DNA of 64,000 nucleotides from a phage: NCBI GenBank assembly GCA_026683435.1, contig GCA_026683435.1_4866.1; one strand, 5' to 3'. Shown piece by piece: positions 57,366 to 64,000 of this stretch (position 1 is its first letter; each line of letters starts with the position of its first letter). The notes under the pieces were generated by a model. It saw only the letters and a program-made list of their open reading frames with translations, ran no database searches and was not told where the DNA came from. The position numbers and the translations under genes were made by a program.

Positions 57366-58778
57366 CTACTTAAAGCCGTCCAGTTCACCGTTAAGAGACG
57401 TTAACGTTGTCTTGTCGGGGGGAGTATACATTTCAGCGGTAGCCGCAATAGGTTGGAAGTCGACTGTCTTCGGCAGCATTAATGCAGGCGGATGCAGTGC
57501 GAAACTGTTTTCTGAAGTAACAACTACCGGTTCGAAATCGGTAGTATCTGGATTACCGAGCACCAACGGCTTGAGACTAAACGTGTTTTCTGCGGACACG
57601 CTGCACGGTTGGAGGCTGTAATCTACCGCGCCGTGGATATCTTCTAAGCCCAAGGTAACCGTGGACTTATCCACCAACTCTAGCACCGGGAACCAGTAGT
57701 AGTTGCCTGCGCTCGATGATTTTTCTAAGTTTGTCCAACTGGCTCCAGACAACGTCGCCATGCGATGATAGGCGACGTTGGTCTTCAGTGTATCTTTCAA
57801 TAAACAGAACAGCGTCCAGTAACTGTTAATCGGTTTGTCCCACGTTCCATTATACAGAAAGTTGAACATCTCAAACTCACTACCTGCTAACTCAGCGGCA
57901 GTTGGGGTGCCGCTGACGTATGGGTCTTTCCCGGCACTAGGTAGACGAACACGGAAGTAAAACCTTTTGTTGTCTGCGCCTGTAAAGCTAATGATGCGTC
58001 CCTGGTTAACGGGCGTCGCCGCAGGGTATTTACCATTATCATCTGTTCCGTAAACGAGTCCGTTTGTATATAATGTATTCCAGGAGATGGAGCTAGCGAC
58101 AGGACTGATCGGGAGGTAAATAACCCTACCCTGGTAAAAGAACTTGTACCAACCTTCGGCACCAGAATGTACCGGTGGTAACGCACCGGCCGATATAGTG
58201 GCATTAAGAAGTTGAGAGTGTGTAAACAACTCTGCAATTGTGGTTGTTCCGAAATAACCCGCAATAGTGTTACCTTGCAGCAACGTTTTAGGGCCAGGTC
58301 CAGAATCGGGGTAAATTGCACCGCTCGGGACGGTATAACGTATCGTTAAGCTGCCTGTAAACGCAGGGCAATTACCTGAGATATTTAATTTCAGCGTCTG
58401 CGGCGAAGCGCTCGGTTTAGGTAGACTTGCGTCAGGTAACTGCAAATCAGAAGCAACTAATGTAAGCCCCAATGCGTCGTTTATTGCAGGTAGCGCGTCT
58501 CGTACCGTTAAGACTGTATCTTTGATAGCCACAGTCGGCACAAAATTAAATAAAGTGGCCAGGTTAATCCGGTCGTAGTACACGGTAACATTACCTTGTA
58601 CACCTGTCCCTGGATACCCGGTGAAAACAGCTTTGGTGTTACGTTGGTTTAACGTAACTGAAGTTGGGCCGCTGGTTAAAGCAGCGATAGCCGGCGTCAG
58701 CTTAACAACTAAATCAGGGTTATCCCGATTGACTTGGTCGTATACAAGCAGTGCCGACTCCTTCGAGTAAAATAGCAT
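57366..58778 (-). CDS. N-module plus GPGP-domain protein (470 aa)
   Basis: Shared N-module; DSGPGPKTLLQGNTIAGYFGTTTIAELF; C-terminus ...SLNGELDGFK. Confidence 0.55.
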   Translation of the reverse strand: MLFYSKESALLVYDQVNRDNPDLVVKLTPAIAALTSGPTSVTLNQRNTKAVFTGYPGTGVQGNVTVYYDRINLATLFNFVPTVAIKDTVLTVRDALPAINDALGLTLVASDLQLPDASLPKPSASPQTLKLNISGNCPAFTGSLTIRYTVPSGAIYPDSGPGPKTLLQGNTIAGYFGTTTIAELFTHSQLLNATISAGALPPVHSGAEGWYKFFYQGRVIYLPISPVASSISWNTLYTNGLVYGTDDNGKYPAATPVNQGRIISFTGADNKRFYFRVRLPSAGKDPYVSGTPTAAELAGSEFEMFNFLYNGTWDKPINSYWTLFCLLKDTLKTNVAYHRMATLSGASWTNLEKSSSAGNYYWFPVLELVDKSTVTLGLEDIHGAVDYSLQPCSVSAENTFSLKPLVLGNPDTTDFEPVVVTSENSFALHPPALMLPKTVDFQPIAATAEMYTPPDKTTLTSLNGELDGFK

Positions 58779-58823
58779 AGGGACTCCGCATCGCCAAAAG
58801 AGGGGGGGCTCCGAAGAGCCCCT

Positions 58824-58843
58824 ACACTTAGCTGTTATAGTGG
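58824..58843 (-). terminator. hairpin, weak terminator candidate
   Basis: GGGGCTC / GAGCCCC stem with loop CGAA overlapping the stop of 58828..59658; weak T-tract on the minus strand. Confidence 0.3.
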
Positions 58844-59658
58844 TAGTACGCCACGCCTTTCACGCCTTCCTCATCGATACCCGTTTGGACAACCACGCGG
58901 TCGTACGATTTGTTAGCGAACTGAGCGGTGGATGTCGGCACATCCTGAACGGTGTTACTGTTCAGTGGCCCCGCGTAGTTCGGAATACCCAGGTCATCCA
59001 ACACCTTACGCAAACCAGCCCACTGCGGTAGGCCAGAAGCATCTACTGTCAGTAGGTTTTTATACGCGGTAAAGTCAATACCGTACGTCAACAAATCAAT
59101 ACACTTCTTACCGAGAGACGGTGAAATAGGCTCTTGAATCGCATTCAAGACATCCGATTTCACCGAAGTGTCTAGTACCGGTAAACCACGGTTATAACGC
59201 AACGTCGCAGAACCGATATAAGCCGGAGATGTCGATAGCGCTACGATGTTCTGTGTATTGGTGTAATTTGGGGTATTGGGACCCGCCAGTGGGAGGTTAT
59301 AGATATCGATTGCAGAGAAGTTTACTCCGTAAGTATCCAAGAGCACCGAAAAGGCTGAGTGGAGGTTGGGAGCGTCAAACGTGACGAACTGCGCCTGGAC
59401 AGAAGGACCCCACGGCAATAACCGCGCTAAGTTCACACGGTCGTAGTAAACGGTGATTGCGTCTCGAAATCCAGAACCCTGAATACCGCGCAAGCGTGCC
59501 GACGTATTGCGGTTGTTGGAAGCTGCATTAACGGGAACCTGTGTCACTTTCTCCACGTAGCAGTTTGCCGGCGACGCTTTAATAGGTAGGTTTGGGTTAT
59601 CCCGGTTAATGAGGTCAAAGACCAACTCGTTTGACGGCTTAGCATAGTTGATCATCAA
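58828..59658 (-). CDS. N-module family protein, ~280-aa subfamily (276 aa)
   Basis: Shared N-module (...NRNTSARLRG..ITVYYDRVNLARLL); C-terminal ...YYHYNS resembles the LYLHYN tails of the next five genes. Confidence 0.55.
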   Translation of the reverse strand: MMINYAKPSNELVFDLINRDNPNLPIKASPANCYVEKVTQVPVNAASNNRNTSARLRGIQGSGFRDAITVYYDRVNLARLLPWGPSVQAQFVTFDAPNLHSAFSVLLDTYGVNFSAIDIYNLPLAGPNTPNYTNTQNIVALSTSPAYIGSATLRYNRGLPVLDTSVKSDVLNAIQEPISPSLGKKCIDLLTYGIDFTAYKNLLTVDASGLPQWAGLRKVLDDLGIPNYAGPLNSNTVQDVPTSTAQFANKSYDRVVVQTGIDEEGVKGVAYYHYNS

Positions 59659-60546
59659 TTATACCTCGCTTGGATCGTCCAGATCGTTGAACTGGAGATA
59701 CAACGTTCCGACGATGGTGGTACAGGTAACAGGCAGTTTCAACACCAGCGCATACTTGTACTTCGCGTTTGTCGGCATTGCAACAGGGTCATTCAGACCA
59801 ACGCTGATAACCTCCGCGCCCGCCAAACCGTAGGAAGCGGAAGTGGTCGCTACCCATGCAGTACCCGTGATATCTTTCAGCAGGTTAACCATATCCGTCA
59901 ACGGCTGTCCAGACAGAATACCCGGCTTGTATGCCAGCAGAGCATCTCGGTACTTAGTGAAGTTGTACGGGTAGGAATAGACCTCTGCAATGACCGCAGT
60001 AACATTTTCGGAACCCATCTGACCGTTCGGGTATTTCAGACCGGTCAGGACGTTAGTAGTGACCGCAGAGACTAACGACTCATCGCCTTTCACGACTTTA
60101 AATGTCGCCTGTCCAACCCAACCGATAGACTCTGGATGTGCAACAACACGCACAGTACCTTCGGTCTTATCACCGTTCCATTCGATATCTGCGTCCTGCA
60201 GGTCAGCTTCTTCCAGAACAAAACCGTAACGTTGGTTCAGTCCAGGAATGGCCGCATACAAGGTTTCGTTGGATGGGCCGATCGCCAACGTGTCACCAAT
60301 CAACACTAACAAGTCTTCGACTTTCATGCGGTTGTAGAAGACATTTTTCTTACCCGACCAGGTAGAGCCCGTTACCCCATCTGCCGTAATTTTAATTTGC
60401 GTGTTACGGTTAGTCAGCGTTTCCTTTTCCGTACCACGGATGTCCTTTGGCGTGGACCAGATGATGTCAGTCATCTTAACAGCAAGCGAGTTCTGTGCGT
60501 TCACTGCTGCCAACAGGACGTCTTTAGAAGGTTGATAAATAGCCAT
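59659..60546 (-). CDS. N-module family protein, ~280-aa subfamily (295 aa)
   Basis: N-module; C-terminal TLYLQFNDLDDPSEV. Confidence 0.55.
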   Translation of the reverse strand: MAIYQPSKDVLLAAVNAQNSLAVKMTDIIWSTPKDIRGTEKETLTNRNTQIKITADGVTGSTWSGKKNVFYNRMKVEDLLVLIGDTLAIGPSNETLYAAIPGLNQRYGFVLEEADLQDADIEWNGDKTEGTVRVVAHPESIGWVGQATFKVVKGDESLVSAVTTNVLTGLKYPNGQMGSENVTAVIAEVYSYPYNFTKYRDALLAYKPGILSGQPLTDMVNLLKDITGTAWVATTSASYGLAGAEVISVGLNDPVAMPTNAKYKYALVLKLPVTCTTIVGTLYLQFNDLDDPSEV

Positions 60547-60556
60547 TCGCTAATTC

Positions 60557-61414
60557 CTAGTTGTTGTAGTGCAACATACACTCGCCGATTACTTTCGGGT
60601 CGTTCTGAATGCCGGTAATCAGCAATACGTTATCGTACGCTTTATTGGCGGTCGCCAACTCACTCGTTTTGTAGCGGGTAATTGTGCAGTTCGTCGGATC
60701 AAACGACGGTACCCCACGTGCGACCAATGTGGCCATCAGATTGGACGTGTAACCCAAATCAAAGTTACTTCCTACGTCCATTCGCCCGTTCTTAAACGAG
60801 GCCATAACCTGCACTTCATCGGTAAAGTCTTCCCCGTACGTCAAGAAGCCCATGTATTTCTTACCAGTGCTTGCTGCTGCAGGGTGGTTCAAAGCCAACA
60901 AGATGTCGTTTACCACGAGGTCTTCGAGGCTATTCTTACCCCGGATAGACATAAAGGTGATGCTGCCAGTGTATTGGATACAGCTAGCGTTAATACGCAT
61001 CGTGTTGTTTACGTTCAGATAAACGTATTGTTCTGGGATATCATCTGCAACCAGGTTTAATCCATAACGACCGTTCAGGTTCTGCGCAAACGCAGTACGT
61101 TTCGACTCCACGTTCAACCAACCGTAGGCATTCGGTGCAGTTACCTGAGGTGTCATGTTCTTAAATAAGTCGTTCAGCGACAAGCGCTTATAACGGAACG
61201 TTTGAGGACCGATATAACCACGACCTTGACGACCACGAATGATAATCTCGGTGTTGGCACCGCTTGCTGTCGGTGTGATTGCTTTCGGCGTACCGATGAT
61301 AGCATTGTCTAAACCCATCGGTAGAACAGCATCCGGGTTTTCGGCATTAATCGCATCGTACAGATATTGTCGCTGAGACAGACTATATAAAGCCATAATA
61401 GCCTCCTCGGCCAA
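60557..61414 (-). CDS. N-module family protein, ~280-aa subfamily (285 aa)
   Basis: N-module (LYDAINAENPDA...FRYKRLSLNDLF); C-terminal CMLHYNN. Confidence 0.55.
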   Translation of the reverse strand: MAEEAIMALYSLSQRQYLYDAINAENPDAVLPMGLDNAIIGTPKAITPTASGANTEIIIRGRQGRGYIGPQTFRYKRLSLNDLFKNMTPQVTAPNAYGWLNVESKRTAFAQNLNGRYGLNLVADDIPEQYVYLNVNNTMRINASCIQYTGSITFMSIRGKNSLEDLVVNDILLALNHPAAASTGKKYMGFLTYGEDFTDEVQVMASFKNGRMDVGSNFDLGYTSNLMATLVARGVPSFDPTNCTITRYKTSELATANKAYDNVLLITGIQNDPKVIGECMLHYNN

Positions 61415-61424
61415 AAAAGAAAGG

Positions 61425-61462
61425 AGTAGCCAGGAGGAGGATTTCCTCCTCCCAGCGAGGCC
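61425..61462 (-). terminator. hairpin with T-tract (terminator candidate)
   Basis: GGAGGAGG / CCTCCTCC stem, loop ATTT; minus strand then ...CCTTTCTTTTTTGG. Confidence 0.4.
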
Positions 61463-61465
61463 TAA

Positions 61466-62377
61466 TTAGGCATTAAAGTGCAGGTACATGATACCCTGGA
61501 AGTTGGTGCACAGAGTGTCATCCAGCTGCAGCAGCAGAACCTGGTTGTAAGCAGTGTTTGCACCTTCAACCGGTTTCTTAGGTTCGTCGCCTGAAGCAGT
61601 GCCATCGTCAGTAGTAGAACCAACGTACAACACGTTAGCGCCTTTCAGGTTATAATCCGCAGGCTTATCAGATGCAACCCACAGTTCCGGCACAACTTTA
61701 TTCAGCTCAACCGGGAATGCAGAGTCGCCAGCGATAACACCTTTCGCCTGTACTTTCAGGAATGCTGCGATTGCTGTGCAGTCTACACCGTAAGAGTAGA
61801 TGTAACCCTGACCCTTCGCAGCGCTTGGACCATCTGGGTAAACCAGGCCGTCGAGCTTGGTTTGTGTTACCACCAGACTCAGACGTTCACCAACCTGAGG
61901 CTTAGCACCGATTTTAACCGGGATGCTGCCCAGATAAGCGTAGCAGTCTTCTTTGAAAGTAATGACGTGGTCAACCGGTGCTGGGTCCGGATCGTTCGGG
62001 TTAGTCAGCGGCGGGTTGGTATTTTCCGGAATAGCCGCCGGAACGATATCGTCTTCGGTCAGCTTCAATCCGTATTGGGTGTTCAGGGTCGTCAGCAGGT
62101 CGGTGGTGGTTTTCGGCAGTTTAACGTCGAGGTATGCGGTTACATTACGGAACAGCGCACTGCCTTCCAGGCGATTATAAGTCACGTCCTGAGTACCGAT
62201 GTACCCGGAGTTCTTTTTCGCAGTCAGGGTCATGCTGGTATTGCGATCGGCACCTTCATCGCTAATAGGGGTCGGTGTGCCGAGCGTTATTTTAGAAAGT
62301 TCCAGTTCTGCGTCTGGGTTTTTCTCATTAATAAAATCCAGAACCAGCTTATCGGACGTTTTGTTTAAAGGTTTCAT
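61466..62377 (-). CDS. N-module family protein, ~280-aa subfamily (303 aa)
   Basis: N-module (LVLDFINEKNPDA...VTYNRLEGSALF); C-terminal IMYLHFNA. Confidence 0.55.
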   Translation of the reverse strand: MKPLNKTSDKLVLDFINEKNPDAELELSKITLGTPTPISDEGADRNTSMTLTAKKNSGYIGTQDVTYNRLEGSALFRNVTAYLDVKLPKTTTDLLTTLNTQYGLKLTEDDIVPAAIPENTNPPLTNPNDPDPAPVDHVITFKEDCYAYLGSIPVKIGAKPQVGERLSLVVTQTKLDGLVYPDGPSAAKGQGYIYSYGVDCTAIAAFLKVQAKGVIAGDSAFPVELNKVVPELWVASDKPADYNLKGANVLYVGSTTDDGTASGDEPKKPVEGANTAYNQVLLLQLDDTLCTNFQGIMYLHFNA

Positions 62378-62398
62378 TCTTACTTCCTTTACTCAGGA

Positions 62399-63244
62399 TT
62401 AATCAGGGTCGTTGTAATGCAAATACAAACGCCCGCCAAAATTCAGACAGTACAACGACAGCTCCACAATCAGCACGTTGTCGACTGCTGGGTTGGTTGG
62501 TAATTCCGCTTTGTTACGCCCGTTATAGACGACGACGGCTTCACGAAGGTTAAAGTCGATAGGGTTGCGGTACGTTGTCCAGTTATCACCGGTGACCGTT
62601 TTGAGAATCTGTGCCAGACGTTCTGTGGTTATCGCAGCACCTAGTCGTTGAAATTCCTCCGCGAAATTATCAAAGCGCCAGGGATACGAATAAACTGCAC
62701 CTTGACCGACCTTGATGTTAAAATACGGATACTCGTAAGGCATCACTGTTAACGGTTCGAAGTTTGCAGGAAGCAACGCATCGCCTGGTAACAGCTGTAC
62801 CTGTTGTTGCCCTATCCAACCTAAAGAAGTGGGCGTGGCAATCAGATCCACACGCCATGTCTTCCTGTCGATTTCGGTATTCACCACATCTGCAGGTTTA
62901 AGGCTGAGACCGTAATACTGGTTAATTAACCCGACCACGTCATGCATCTGGTAAACAGCATCGAGACGTGCAGGAACACGTAGAGGTTGAATCCCGTCCG
63001 GATCGGTAAACATGTCTGCGAAGTCAACACGATCGTAGTACACGGTAGTGGCACCGATAGCATTAGCCGTGGCCAATGCCTGAATGCGCACCATCGCGTT
63101 GTGACCGTTAGCTTTTGCCAGGTCTTCGTCAGACGTCGGAATCGCAGGGACACCAAAAACAACATCTTCGACTTTTAAATCGAGATTGTTTTCGACGTTA
63201 ACTTCCGCGATAATAATCTTTTCAGCTGTGGCTAAAAGTGGCAT
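62399..63244 (-). CDS. N-module family protein, ~280-aa subfamily (281 aa)
   Basis: N-module (IIIAEVNVENNLD...TVYYDRVDFADMF); C-terminal RLYLHYNDPD. Confidence 0.55.
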   Translation of the reverse strand: MPLLATAEKIIIAEVNVENNLDLKVEDVVFGVPAIPTSDEDLAKANGHNAMVRIQALATANAIGATTVYYDRVDFADMFTDPDGIQPLRVPARLDAVYQMHDVVGLINQYYGLSLKPADVVNTEIDRKTWRVDLIATPTSLGWIGQQQVQLLPGDALLPANFEPLTVMPYEYPYFNIKVGQGAVYSYPWRFDNFAEEFQRLGAAITTERLAQILKTVTGDNWTTYRNPIDFNLREAVVVYNGRNKAELPTNPAVDNVLIVELSLYCLNFGGRLYLHYNDPD

Positions 63245-63254
63245 GTCAAAATCC

Positions 63255-64000
63255 TTATATCGGGAGATAATGAAGGATGAGATTACCGGCGTAGTTGCTG
63301 TCCGCAGCTAGCTTGATAATCGCCACACGCTGATAATCGGGGTTGTAACTATCGTTCGGTGTGACTGAAGTTATCCCCATAAATCGTGCACCTTGGAGTG
63401 CAATTTGTTCAGGTTGCGCATTCGCCCCCGTCACATATGCAAACTTTAATGGCACCACTTCATTCAACAACTCAACATCCGCTGCAGTGATTGCACGGTT
63501 GTAAACCCAATCGGTGGTGAACTGTTTTTGCAGTTCAGTCCAATCGTAACCATACGCCACATACTCAGCCTGCGGTTTACTAGCAACCACGAACGGCGCG
63601 ATAATTGCGCTGAGGTCAACATCCGTCACCACATCCGCCAAGTTCGGGAAGAACTTCGCAAAGCGTAAACGGAAACCACCTTGCCAGGCCAAGCAACCGG
63701 GCTTAATAGTCACATCGATTAACCAGCTTTCTCCCAAATCTTTTACTGACTGGTCAACGATATCGTCGGCAACTAAAGACAAGCCGTATTTCGCATTCAG
63801 AAACGGCAACAACTCAGAGAGTTTATTTACCGGGTCGGCAACGACTACCGGTATTACGTTCCTGAACAGAATTTCCATTTCGATACGGTCGTATTCGAGC
63901 GTAACGTTGCCTTTGTAGCCCTTGCCGTTCAACCCGTATAAGAGCACACGCGTATTCCGGTCAGCGCCAGGCGTTTGGACAGACTCAGGGAAGCCAGTTG
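63255..64000 (-). CDS. N-module family protein (partial; N-terminus beyond window end)
   Basis: ORF track start 63947 is a GTG; the frame stays open to the window edge and upstream codons encode ...ADRNTRVLLYGLNGKGYKGNVTLEYDRIEMEILF, completing the N-module; C-terminal NLILHYLPI. Confidence 0.5.
   Translation of the reverse strand, partial: TGFPESVQTPGADRNTRVLLYGLNGKGYKGNVTLEYDRIEMEILFRNVIPVVVADPVNKLSELLPFLNAKYGLSLVADDIVDQSVKDLGESWLIDVTIKPGCLAWQGGFRLRFAKFFPNLADVVTDVDLSAIIAPFVVASKPQAEYVAYGYDWTELQKQFTTDWVYNRAITAADVELLNEVVPLKFAYVTGANAQPEQIALQGARFMGITSVTPNDSYNPDYQRVAIIKLAADSNYAGNLILHYLPI

Noticed and set aside
58781-58827. Gap between 57366..58778 and 58828..59658 as a possible promoter or small gene
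   Set aside because: Only a GC-rich hairpin with a weak T-tract; no ORF with start signals.
1-64000. Prophage or mobile-element interpretation
   Set aside because: No integrase, recombinase, transposase, att-like direct repeats or host housekeeping genes are visible; organisation fits a lytic phage genome segment.

Overview
This window reads as a densely coded segment of a large virulent tailed phage genome. It has no integrase, no host flanks and no rRNA or tRNA; small compact genes with Shine-Dalgarno sites are separated by many rho-independent terminators, and codon usage plus a BhsA/DUF1471-like gene hint at an enterobacterial host (GC looks roughly 45-50% by eye, not computed). Layout: (i) 1-21.6 kb, mostly leftward genes: RNase HI-like, DEDDh exonuclease, SbcC/Rad50-like ATPase, a TARG1/DarG-like macrodomain protein, a possible spanin pair, an operon of four signal-peptide proteins and many unknowns; (ii) 21.8-39 kb, rightward: four very large fibre-like proteins (1237, 1376, ~1727 and ~400 aa) sharing an N-terminal domain; (iii) 39.0-44.4 kb, rightward: the most unusual module, three Cys/Ser/Gly-rich small proteins with a conserved leader-like N-terminus followed by an unknown protein and two translationally coupled radical SAM enzymes (the second with a SPASM-type Cys cluster), i.e. 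a RiPP-like maturation cassette inside the adsorption-apparatus region; (iv) 45.1-47.9 kb: lipoprotein, M15-like peptidase, DUF1353-like protein and GH108-type endolysin; (v) 44.5-45.0 kb and 47.9-64.0 kb, leftward: at least 16 mosaic paralogues sharing a ~75-aa N-terminal module, including a duplicated three-gene cassette and decayed relics of a third copy. All functional calls come from motif recognition by eye; nothing was searched against a database.
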